Assembly: GCA_965153285.1 (NCBI GenBank)
Contig: OZ229121.1
Direction: 5' to 3' (one strand)
Length of the DNA stretch: 64,000 nucleotides
Source: Podarcis tiliguerta
Taxonomy: Eukaryota
Each line of letters starts with the position of its first letter. Position 1 is the first letter of the stretch. Under the pieces are notes generated by a model. The model did not search any database and was not told the origin of the DNA. It saw only the letters and a program-made list of their open reading frames with translations. A program made the translations under genes and the position numbers. Shown here piece after piece: positions 50,196 through 61,246 of the stretch.

Positions 50196-51507
50196 CATGC
50201 TGGTCACATACGTGCCAAGGAATCCTCACCAGCAGTTGCTGATTTTGAAGACAGCCACCTTCTCTGGGGAAGCACTGAGCAACCCCGTAAAGAATTTAAA
50301 TTGCATGCTTTACAATTTTTTCTGTAATTTTGGAATGATGTATCTTTGTAGAGTTAATGATTTTGTACATTTGCACATGTAATCATCATGCCCATATACG
50401 TTAGTTTGATATAAAGGTGCTAAAAGCTACAGGTTTTCTGAAGTATTTCCCTCCCCCCAAAAGGAGAATTAGGGTATGCTGTATATTTAGTTGCTCTGCA
50501 GTGTTAAAATAAGAATGGGGAAGGGGAGGAGGAAAGCTTGGCACTGAGAACTTCAAGATTGTAATGTGATTGAAGAAATTCGACACATCAGTTCCCATGT
50601 GCTTGCAAAACCAAAACAATTCCCCATTATCCACCTGGTTAATATGCCTTATGTAATAGAGATATCTGTGGGATAGGAAGGTTTTAGGTATTGGAATTAT
50701 AAATAAGAGAATGTTTAACATATGCTAAAAATATTTTCATACTCAGATAACATACATAAAAGGTGTGCTTGCTGTATTTTATATTACCTTGCAAATTCTT
50801 TAGCTCTCTGAAATGCTGAAAATCTTTGCATTTGAACTAGTAAACCATTCATTCTAGCATTAGAATTCCTACTCCTCTCTGTAAAGGATGCTATATAATG
50901 TTAAAAGACCCATCATAATTCCAGAAGACCCAAGTTCTCCTGGTCTCGTTCTTCTTTAATATCTACTACTAGAAGACATTTGGAAATAAAGTGCAAATTT
51001 GTGAGGGAGAAATTACCTTCATCTTAGATGAAGTTCTTGAAGCACTTTGTAGTTCTCGATTGCCAACAAATTTAAATGTTTTATGTATTGCCAACTCTTG
51101 CAACCCCTGTACTAGTATGGACCAGTGGTTGCAAATAAAAAATTCTAGGATGTTTTAATGAGGTACATTATTTGTGTTAAGGGAGTTTCAAGTTCCATTT
51201 ACATTGTACCTTCAGATTTTTGTATATATAATATATATTTTCTAACTAACTTACTGTGGGTTGTTGCATTCCACAAGTTTAGCATTAAAAGTTTATTTCT
51301 GAACTATGAGACATCATGAGCCTTACTGAAATGAAGTGCTTCTTGAATCAGGTACTCGATGATAGATCTGATAGATGATGGATCTATCAGAGAGATGCTT
51401 GTGTCTGGACCATACCTGAATGCTTTGTTTATTTGATGCTCTCCTGCCTTCATTATTGTCCTCTTGTGTAAGTGAAAGTTAACAGTTTAGGTAGTATGCA
51501 AAGCTAG

Positions 51508-51630
51508 AGGTTGTATCCACTTATGTCAAACTTGGAGTAGACCCAATGACCCCAATTCACTTTAGTCATAAGCAACTTACATCCCTCATTCCATTGCGTC
51601 TACTCCAACTATGCCAGTTGGATACAACCC
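51508..51630. mobile_element. Palindromic MITE inside the JAZF1 3'UTR
   Basis: GGTTGTATCCA/TGGATACAACC and TTGGAGTAGAC/GTCTACTCCAA perfect inverted pairs. Confidence 0.75.
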
Positions 51631-52476
51631 TACGTTATTAAAACTGAGAGGTTGTCGCCCTCATGAGAAAAAGTTAAGTTTTAAAGGTAATCCTCTTCTG
51701 TGTACTTAAGTATTTATATATGTATATTACATGGGAAATGCAAGTCTTCATTCTTTTAGAACAAATAAGCCCCTGCCCCTCAATCTTTAATTTAAAAAGA
51801 TTTTCCAGAACTTCTGAATCTCTCATAATGAGGGTCAAAAAGAATTTCAAACAAAGCCTTTTTAAAAACAAACCACCCTCAACCATATTCAGAAAAGTAC
51901 ATTCTATAGCCCATGTAAAGCAGCCTTCTGCAACCAGGTGCTCTGTAGATGTTTTGAACTGCACCTGCCCTCAGCCAGAGACCAATGGGTGTTGTAATCA
52001 AAATCACCCAGAGAGCACCAGGTTGGGAAAGGCTGGGGTAATGGTTGACCCAGACATAAGAATCTATTGCTTGCACTCAAAGCTCTACTACACAGCATCT
52101 AATGTGTCTTCAGTTACTTCAGTGTCATTTCGCTCTGCTCTCAGTAAATGAAGGCAGGCTAACCCTACTGAACAGATAAGCAAAATGTTGCATGTCATTC
52201 CCTTTTCCACTATTACAATCAACTTGCTATTTACCTAGTCAGTGTGACAGTATTAAAACAGGTAAAAATGGGACTATTTTGTTATACTGTGTATAGTGAA
52301 TGTATTGTACTGTGTCTGTGATAATGTGCTTTAAATTATATTTTCCTATATTTTGTTGGGGACAAAGTTCATTAAGTTTGGAAGTCACAAGAGGTTTGTT
52401 TTAGAACTAAGCACCACAAAGTGCATACCATTTTCTTTCCATTAAAGCTGCTTATAATGTACATTGAACCACATTT

Positions 52477-52482
52477 AATAAA
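52477..52482 (+). terminator. Candidate JAZF1 polyadenylation signal AATAAA
   Basis: Canonical hexamer preceded by a TGTA motif and ATTAAA, ~2.3 kb after the stop. Confidence 0.55.
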
Positions 52483-53239
52483 TTGCCTCCGACCCAGGAA
52501 AAAAATTAGATGCTGCTTCATTATCTTTCATTGCTTTGATCTGTAAAGAGCATGCTGTACATTACCCAAATCATACAATAGATTTGCAGTTTAACAAGAC
52601 TGAGATAGTGGTAAAACAGTAACGGCATCGGATGATACGGTTGCTGTTAAAGCTGGCGGCGCTAACTGAATCAGTCAGGTGGGCAGGCTTGCAAAAATCT
52701 CAATCAGGGCTGGTTTTTATTATAGTCATAAGGCTATGTTTGTAGTTTGTAGATTTGTAGTTTGTAGATTTCCTCCTCTTCTCTTTCTAGACTTGGCCAG
52801 TGTTTTCTAATCCAAATTCCCATCATTACTAGGAAACAAGTGGCTAGGAAACAAACCATTATTATGTGTACCTTGGTGCGAAACAACATTCTTGAGCTAG
52901 GAAAGGAAGGGGTAATGGGATCGTGCTAGTCCATGGCCTGCTCTTACTTAGCTACGCTTGAGACAGATTGGATCACTAACCAAGATAACTTACTCAGAAA
53001 GTGAAATTCTAGAAGAGACAAACACATCACAAAAATACTACACATTTTTCTCAGTAGCAATGAAGTCTTAAGTAAACAATGGCTTAATCCCAAGACATTT
53101 TCATTCCCACAGGGGATAATGGTAATTTCTCCATCTGCAACCCCCTCTGCCCCCCCCCCAAAAGCTACAATGGAGGCCATGTCAGTCACAACTGAAGGAG
53201 CTTCAGAAACACACAAGGGTGCCAAATAAAGACTCATGA

Positions 53240-54143
53240 TCGATATTTAGTTTTTGTCTTTAATTTGACTATTGTACAACAGATGGAAAAGTGAATTTTA
53301 TCCAAAAGGATCAAATTACTTACTAAAGTTTAAGCTTCAAAAATATAGTGTTTTAAATATACACACCACAAATTTAATGGGGGAAAATGTGCAAAGCAGA
53401 ATGCAGAAGATTCTAGAAATCTTAGTCCCTATGAACACAACTTGCTAAAAACAATCCAGGAAAAAGGAATGGGGGTGCTACATAACACATTAAAAATCTG
53501 CTGAATACAAGTGAAGCCTAATGGTAGAGATTTTTATACAATTATTTTCTAGCAGACCTAAATGCAGAACTTTTAACAGATTACTAGTGTACTTGACATT
53601 TGCAAGAGATAATAGTTATGCAAAAGTGAATGTTGCTGTAAGGATGTTGTGCAAGCATGTCTCTCAAAGCAACTACATTTCTGACAGAGATGTAAAAAAC
53701 TATATTTTTGTTGGATAAATTATGTTAAACTTCCAGAATCAACAATCATATGAAGGATACACACAAGATTACCAAGAAACCTCATTTTATTATCGTGGAA
53801 TGAGAATTTTAATATCTAATCATAAGCAAATGCAAGAGCAAAATCAAATCATTCTGTACACTTGCCACTACTACAAACTCTACTTAGGAGGTTTCTGAAC
53901 AAGTCTGTGCATTTCCTGTGTTCTTATGCATTTTGTCAGCCAGGGAATAAATACTGATAGATATTATAACAGTTCTGGGTGTATGCTAGATCAAAGAAGG
54001 CTAGCCCAATACTTGCTAATAGGCCAAAGCACTGTACTGAAAGTAGCCTTTAAACAACAAGTTGTGACGGCTGTGTACTCTTCTCTTACAGAATTTGCTC
54101 ATTCAAGTTTTGTCTAAACTAAACTGCATTCAGATGCCTCAAA
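53240..54143 (-). other. TAX1BP1: TAX1BP1 3'UTR (end uncertain)
   Basis: Follows the TAG stop. Minus-strand PAS candidates: AATAAA at 53786-53791 and 52716-52721; ATTAAA at 53373-53378 and 53259-53264. Confidence 0.5.
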
Positions 54144-54345
54144 CTAGTCAAAATTCAAAACATTCTGATCAAAGTGTGTTTGTACGTGTCTTTCAAAGCT
54201 CTGCTGGTCATAGTCAGGAGGGAACTGTTCGCTGCACATGGGACACACCTTCCAGTGACTCTCAACATGTTCTTCAAACTTGCTCTGATCATAGTTAGGA
54301 GGAAACATCACTTCGCATAGGGGACACTTCTTGATGTGCACAAAA
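54144..54345 (-). CDS. TAX1BP1: TAX1BP1 terminal coding exon: tandem UBZ zinc fingers with PPxY motifs, stop TAG
   Basis: Encodes (S)FVHIKKCPLCEVMFPPNYDQSKFEEHVESHWKVCPMCSEQFPPDYDQQSFERHVQTHFDQNVLNFD*. Pyrimidine tract tcctttcctcttttatcccaAG on the minus strand; AG+T=Ser with the preceding exon. Confidence 0.96.
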
Positions 54346-55036
54346 CTTGGGATAAAAGAGGAAAGGACAACCATTTGAGTTCTTCCATTGCCAGCATTCC
54401 CTGTGGCACCCCTAAATTGTGGAATTCTTTCCCACAGGTGTGTGAGACACCTATTATGTAGTTTACATATTGTGTTTTTAAATTGCTGTAACCTGCTGTT
54501 ATCTCATGGTAAAGGGCAGGTAAGAAATCTATCATCATAACTATCATTATTAGCATAGAGAGCCTCCCCCCGCCCCAACCTTGCAACTGAATTTTGATAC
54601 TTGCATGCCATCCAGCTTAACAAAGTTGTTTTCCACAGGATTAAAGCACATACCCCCAACAATTTCTAGCTTTTGTGCACTGTCTCCTTTTAAATGCCTC
54701 AGGTATATGATCTCTTTACTGCATATAAAATGGAGGAAAGCAGGGGTTGATGTGTCTTTAAAATGATTATTAAAAAACAACAACCCAAGATGTTAACATT
54801 CTGCTGTAAACAGAGCCTCCAAATCTAACCAGACAATTTAGCTTTTGTCACAAATTAAAACCAGCCCAAATAATTAGTGGGAGTGAATCATTCAAGCCTG
54901 ACTCATATTTGAGAAAATACCTCCAACTCTTTCCCCTTTCCACTTTGTTTCTACAGCTAGAACAATGTGTACCAAATTGAAACTGCAGACTTTTTTTTGT
55001 TTTGTTTTAGAAATGTATCACAAAATAGTGGTGGTA

Positions 55037-55175
55037 CAGTGGTACCTTGGTTCTCGAACAGCTTAGCTGTCGAGCAAATCAGCTCCCGAATGCCACAAAC
55101 CCAGAAGTGTTCAGGTTTGCGAACATTTTTTGGAAGCCAAAAGTCCAATGTGGCTTCCGCAGCTTCCCGTTTTCA
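55037..55175. mobile_element. Partial Tc1/mariner MITE
   Basis: TA-CAGTGGTACCTTGGTT left end similar to 37205. Confidence 0.65.
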
Positions 55176-55356
55176 AGTTAAAAAGTTGTGATCCAGAGAA
55201 CTGCTTAGGCCATGGCATGAGATATGGCCCATCCCAACGGAACCTTTCATTTCTGTCAACATGCCATGATAGTGGAATGTTGCAGGAAAGAGTAAATGAT
55301 GGCTCCAACATTACTATATGCCTGACACCACTTTCACCTACAAGAAACTACCTTAC

Positions 55357-55442
55357 CTGGAATCAAAACAAAAGCCTGTTCCACGTTCTTGTAAGCCGAG
55401 GTTTGGTGGCTCCGGAGCAGAAGGTGCGCTTGCCTCATCATC
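55357..55442 (-). CDS. TAX1BP1: TAX1BP1 penultimate exon, 86 bp (not called as an ORF in the supplied track)
   Basis: ttactttcAG|GATGATGAG ... GATTCCAG|gtaagg. Encodes DDEASAPSAPEPPNLGLQERGTGFCFDS(S); the GTGFCFDSS motif is as in mammalian TAX1BP1; phases 0/2 fit its neighbours. Confidence 0.92.
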
Positions 55443-56206
55443 CTGAAAGTAAAACGGTTGGCTTTTTATCTCATATATATCTCATATATTATCTCATTCA
55501 TATTTTCACCCCAATAAGAATAGCTGGAGCCTAGGTACAAAGCAAACCCTCTTTGAAATAAAGACACAGGGCACCATATTAAGCCAAAATTTCATTTCAT
55601 ATACTGCTAAATTAAAAAAAAAGTTCAAATGATAAAACATTTATCTGCAAGAAATACAAGAGGTGGGAAGAAGTCATTGATTTGGTGCCACAAGACGACT
55701 TCTTCCCAATGACTAAGTTTTTTTAGTGGGCTAGATGTGCCACTGCAGCCTATCCAACAAGTCACGTATGTAACCTTGCAGTCAGTCCCAACTACTACTG
55801 AATCATCCTATCTGGCTGGCTCCTCTCATCATCACTGTCAGTTGTGCTCGTTTCACGAGCACCAACAGCACATAAACAGCTGCAGTTGGCACTAGTAAGA
55901 TCACTACACCAAGGCATGCCCTAGAGCTTCTAGCAGAGAAAGCTTTTAAGAACTCTACAAAATGTATTCCTGTGCTCAAGTAATTTCAAATTTCAGCAAA
56001 TCAACATGAATATATAAGTCCTCAAGCAATACCACATTTGAAAGAGGATTTGAGGTGTTTTCTTTATTTTTGCCTGTTTTGCAAAACCAATTACGTGAGT
56101 GTCTTGACATTTCGAAACATTTGTGATATAACTAACAAGAATTATTTTTTCAGATCAACTAATAAGATACAAAGGCTCGTTAATATTTTTCCTTTTTGCT
56201 CCAACC

Positions 56207-56342
56207 CAGGCTTCCTCAACCTCAGCCCTCCAGATGTTTTTCGCCTACAACTTCCATGATCCCTAGCTAGCAAGACCAGTGGTCAGGGATGATGGGAATT
56301 GTAGTCTCAAAACATCTGGAGGGCCAAGGTTGAGGAAGCCTG
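56207..56342. mobile_element. Short hAT foldback MITE, intact
   Basis: TIR CAGGCTTCCTCAACCT / AGGTTGAGGAAGCCTG; perfect 8-bp TSD ctccaacc. Confidence 0.9.
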
Positions 56343-58258
56343 CTCCAACCTGTTACAGGTGTTTATTACCCATATAAAAATGTTATGGCAGCAGCTAACA
56401 AATTAGCAAAGTATACTATCCCAGATATATTTTTAGAGATAGTCCACAGAATGCTATTCCAGATGTACTTTTATCATTCACATAAACTCAATATTGGCAA
56501 TTTGGTGCATGCACTTAGCCACTATTCAGAAGACACTGACAGGGAGATTTGAGCATACATTCACAGGCTGTACATCTGATTAACACGTTATTTACACTAT
56601 TTTTTAAAAAAGTGAAGGGATTGCAGGCATTTTATGTATATGCATATCCCCAACACTGTTCGGTCTTACATGTGATAAGAGGACTCCATGCATACCTGCT
56701 ACCCTATTGTAGCAGATACATTAGGACTGGAATTAACTGTGTAAGTTCAAGCACACAGCACATACATAAGCAGATTCTGATTTAGGAATAGATGTCAACA
56801 CCAGCATACAGAAGGGAATACAAGATTGCACATTTTTTGTGCAGGATACCTGCATGCATTCCACTGATGCTTCCACTTAAAAAGGAAGCAACCAGGCAGT
56901 TTATCTGATCTCTTGATAGCTCATTATGCTAGATGTTCTACATCTAATAAGATAAATTTCCTGCCACAAACTGCTTAGTTTGCTTACTTCTAAAGGGGTA
57001 TTTTGATATTAATCTGCTCCACTCTATAGGTGCCTGCCAAGCATTTGTAGGTAGTTAGCAAGTGCAAGGTAGTTAGCATCCTATTTCTTCTGTTTGAACA
57101 TCCTTGCTGGGAACAATTAAGTGATCTTCACTTGACAAGCAGGAAAAGTAGGATGATAAGATGTTAAAACTTCTATTTGATGTAAGACAAGAAAAATCTT
57201 CTGTGAACAGGCACACACTTGCCCAAAGTTGGTTCCCATTTGAGCATATTAGGATCCTTCTACCTCATTACCAAATCTAAGCTGTGTCAGCAAATGAGCA
57301 CAAGACTTTAGCTCTGTTCCTCTTGGGTTTGCGAGAGGGCAAAGCACATAGATTAGAAAGAACACTCTGCTAATTAAACTGCAGTGGATGACTAAAGAGG
57401 AGAAGGGCTTGTCATCTGTAATGTCTGTGCCAAGAACGATCATATTAAATATGCAAAATGTGAAGTAAAGGTAAGGAAGAGCACTAAGCTCACATCCAAG
57501 ACCTTAAATAGGCCGCAAAAGTTCTGACAGTTTTCTTAATTATTCACAGTAATGGACTCAGGGGGCAAAAGGCAGGAGGAAGAGATACATTTTTCTCCAT
57601 TATAGGTACTGAGCACCAGGGCTAAAATCATGCCTGTCTGAACACGGATCAGTTTCTGCAAAGGTTAATAGCAATTAAATGTGGCAAACTAGACTAAGTG
57701 AGAAGTAGGTCGTGATACCACTATGCTTGCAAAGAGCATAGGACTTTGTAAAGAAATGTTTCTTATTCAAGTGTTTCTTAAAGTTAAAGGGAGCAAAAAA
57801 CTGTGCCGAGCACTTAACAGCATTGTTTACCGTAGTTTATTGTATCTCATGACCTAAATATTTTACATTTATTAAATATTACATGGGCAAGGGACTATAA
57901 CCACAGTTTGAAGCAGGAATTCCGTAAAGAAAGTAACTTTTACATTATTGACGAGACTTCCAGTATTGGGAAATACCAATTGTCTTTTGTTAATGTACCA
58001 GGAAATGCAGAAAGGAAGCACTCTGCCAGATGCCCTACAGCCACAGGCAGGCTGCACTTCCTGTACTTTCCAGGAAGTATCTAATGGCAAGAGGGAAACC
58101 AATGTGGCTCCATACATCAGCCACTGGGAGTGCAGCTACTCAAATACTTGTTTGCCTCTTCCTTCCCCATTCCCTTTTCCTTTTTCTACTGGGTCCATCA
58201 GATTGTCAGGCTGCAGGTACAAAATGCTGTATTTTAACTATGCACAGAACTTAGAAAA

Positions 58259-58592
58259 GGACACGGGTGGCGCTGTGGGATAAATCACAGAGCCTAGGAC
58301 TATGCCGATCAGAAGGTTGGCAGTTCGAATCCCTGTGACGGGGTGAGCTCCCGTTGCTCAGTCCCTGCTCCTGCCAACCTAGCAGTTCAAAAGCACGTCA
58401 AAGTGCAAGTAGATAAGGGAAGGTAAACGGTTTTTCCGTGCACTGCTCTGGTTCTCCAGAAGCGGCTTAGTCATGCTGGCCACATGACTCGGAAGCTGTA
58501 CGCCGGCTCCCTCGGCCAATAAAGCGAGATGAGCGCCGCAACCCGAGTCGGCCACGACTGGACCTAATGGTCAGGGGTCCCTTTACCTTTAC
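58259..58592 (+). mobile_element. Sauria SINE (subfamily 1) with a small internal deletion
   Basis: TSD acttagaaaa; lacks the ataggtaccgctccggc segment found in the other copies. Confidence 0.92.
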
Positions 58593-59149
58593 TAGCACTT
58601 AGAAAAATGTAGGTGATTTATAAGCATGTAGTAGTCGTAATATAACATCGATTTAAATGTTTGGTAATGTTAGCTTCCAAGTATTATTGTTTCAAAAACA
58701 TCCCTATTGGCATTCACCTTTATGTCTGCTACTTTTCTTCCCATTTCCAACCTGAATTTCCACTGAAACCCCTTCCAATTAGGATAATTTAACATGGTTA
58801 ACCTAGTGCACATGTTATAGCTACCGCTAAATGGATAAGTAACTATATGTCAATGTGTGTTTTGTCAAGTGAGCATAGCCCATAGATAATAATTAGTTAC
58901 AGCAACCGTGGTGCAGAGAGGAGCAGCCAAGGTCTATAAACAGAAGTGTATGAACAGGCAGGAGTGTGTATGCATACATTTAGATGGGGTCAGTGACTAG
59001 AAGGAACTAGCTGTGACCAAAATTTGTCATTTGGTTAATCAGAAAGAAGCATCTCCTCCAGAGAAGAAATTTTCTTAGTAAGATTGTGAAGGGAAGGCTT
59101 GCACCTCAAAACTCAAGAAGAGCAAGAAGTTACTTTATTTCTCACTTAC

Positions 59150-59298
59150 ATTACTATCCTCAGGATCTTCTAAACCATCAGGCCGGCTGAGGTTGCGGGC
59201 TGGTTGGCTGCACACTACATTGTCTTCAAGTTCCCAAGCAGGTGCTCTTACAGGTGGCCTTTGGATCTCATCAGGGTAAAAAGCACCATCTGCTCCAT
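59150..59298 (-). CDS. TAX1BP1: TAX1BP1 internal exon, 149 bp
   Basis: attgcAG|ATGGAGCA ... AGTAAT|gtaagt. Encodes (D)GADGAFYPDEIQRPPVRAPAWELEDNVVCSQPARNLSRPDGLEDPEDSN. Confidence 0.95.
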
Positions 59299-59587
59299 CT
59301 GCAATCACAATCAGGCAATGAACTCCAAGTGGCAAACGGCAGAGAGTTCTTAAACACACTCAAAAATAATTTCTCAAGAGTTTAATAAGTAAAACAGACA
59401 ACTTGGACAGAGTGTAGGTGAATGAATTCTCTTTTTAAAAAATAAACCTCTTCCTCATAAAACAATATTTGTTGACTGTTACCTTTAAAGACTATTGGCC
59501 AAAATTAGCTTACTGACTTCATTTGCTCGGAAGTGTACATTTCAATTCTCCAGTGAAAACAAAAGCCGGTGCGAATAGTTTCCAAAC

Positions 59588-59768
59588 CTCTTGTTTCCTG
59601 GGCTGTATAAGGGTTTCCATACTGCAGTACTGGTAACCGAGTTGGCACAGCAGGAACCTGTCCATCATCCCCTGAAGTAAGAGCAGTATTGAGAAAATAT
59701 ACTGCATGCTGAGAAATCTGTCCTTCGGTGATTCTGTCAGTTTGATTTTCTGGTCTCCTTCCAGGGCT
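59588..59768 (-). CDS. TAX1BP1: TAX1BP1 internal exon, 181 bp (frame differs from the ORF-track ORF)
   Basis: ttctctttAG|AGCCCT ... ACAAGAG|gtttgg. Encodes SPGRRPENQTDRITEGQISQHAVYFLNTALTSGDDGQVPAVPTRLPVLQYGNPYTAQETR(D); LQYGNPY..QETRD is conserved with mammalian TAX1BP1. Confidence 0.88.
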
Positions 59769-59896
59769 CTAAAGAGAAGTGGAAAAAATTTATGTACAGG
59801 CAAAAATAACCCATCTAAAGTCTGCAATAAAAGATGGCCTAAAAAAAATATTCAGGCTTACTTGAAGCTGCCTTTGACCACTGGGTCCAGCTAGCT

Positions 59897-60375
59897 CAGG
59901 GGTCTGCAACCCGCGGCTCCGGAGCCGCATGTGGCTCTTTTACACCTTTGCCCCGGCTCCGGGGCGGATACTAGCGAGGGGAGGAGGCACATTGTGCGCC
60001 CCGACACTCCCCACTGTGGCGGACGCTGTACTGGCTGTGACGTCGCATGGGGGCGGTGCGTGCGTTAGTCACACACCGTCCCGACGTCACCTTCCCGCCC
60101 GCTACATTGTAAGGGGCATGTACGCTGGTCACTGCATTGAAAGGGGGCATGTACTGTTTTGAAGGGGAGTGAAGAACACACACACAAAATGGTAACTTGT
60201 TACTTTAACGTTTATTTCTATGAGGAGGAGTAATTCTGAGGGGTCAAACAAAGAAATAATAAAAAGTGACAAAAAAGTTATTTTTATAATGACGAGTTTT
60301 GCGGCTCCCAGTTGTTTTTTTCCTTCGGAAATGGGTCCAATTGGCTCTTTTTGTCTTAAAGGTTGCAGACCCCTG
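59897..60375. mobile_element. Very young hAT (Charlie-like) MITE, 479 bp
   Basis: Perfect 15-bp TIR CAGGGGTCTGCAACC/GGTTGCAGACCCCTG; perfect TSD agctagct; CpG-rich interior. Confidence 0.92.
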
Positions 60376-61121
60376 AGCTAGCTATACTAGTCTATACTGA
60401 CTGACTGTAGCTCTGCAGTTTCATACAGGTTATTTTCCCCATCCCTACCTGTAGATTGAACCAACACTGGGCTATGGCCCTTCTCATGACCTTTTTCATA
60501 TTTCTTACACAAACTGCCATTAGTTTCATGTTATGTAGAAGATGACTTTAAACAGATTTCATAAAAGTTTGCCACTTGAGTGGCATTCATTAACATGGAC
60601 AAAATAATGCTCTGTTTCAATTACAAAAAAAAATAAAATCTGAGCTAAATAAACACCAGTTACTATTATTCTTGGAAATCTGTTTGTGTAAAGCACATAC
60701 ATGGACTGCTAAGAATACCATTGCAAGAACACTCTCCACTGTGCTGTGCAAAACAATCAGGCTTGATACATGACCTCCAATTTACTTGAATGGCTTAGCA
60801 GCAGCTGTCATAAATGTGTACTTGAAGTGAACAAAATACACTGCAGGATTTGTGGACATTTGAATCTAAATGCTTACTCGCTCAACTCTAGGTGACGGAA
60901 CAATTTCAGGACTAGACCATTGAAGGCAGTAGAGGACTGACACTAGTCATTAGCATGAACTTAGGAAGAGCAAAATGTACCACAGTATTGACACATGCAG
61001 ATGCCAAATAGCTAAAGAAATTTAACTCTGCCCTAAAATAAGAGAACACACAGGCAGCTGTGTTTCTGCATGCAAATGTCACAAAAAGTATGCTGGCAGT
61101 TCTATATAGCAATGTGTGCAG

Positions 61122-61246
61122 CAAACTCAGCCCTCCAGATGTTTGGGACTACAATTCCCATCATCCCTGACCACTGGTCCTGTTAACTAGAGATCATGGG
61201 AGTTGTAGTCCCAAAACATCTGGAGGGCCTAGTTTGGCTATGCCTG
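61122..61246. mobile_element. Short hAT foldback MITE
   Basis: ccctccagatgtttgggactacaattcccat / atgggagttgtagtcccaaaacatctggaggg. Confidence 0.75.

Larger units (their letters stand above)
50196..52505 (+). other. JAZF1: JAZF1 3'UTR (3' end approximate)
   Basis: AU-rich, nearly TE-free stretch after the stop codon. ATTAAA at 52441 and AATAAA at 52477-52482; weaker candidates at 50985, 51134 and 53225. Confidence 0.65.

Noticed and set aside
51368-51390. 9-bp stem hairpin ctgatagat-N5-atctatcag in the 3'UTR
   Set aside because: Short, low-complexity GATA-rich sequence; expected by chance without conservation data.
59519-59827. ORF-track 102-aa peptide as the TAX1BP1 exon translation
   Set aside because: Wrong frame; the spliced frame giving LQYGNPY..QETR is 59768-59588.
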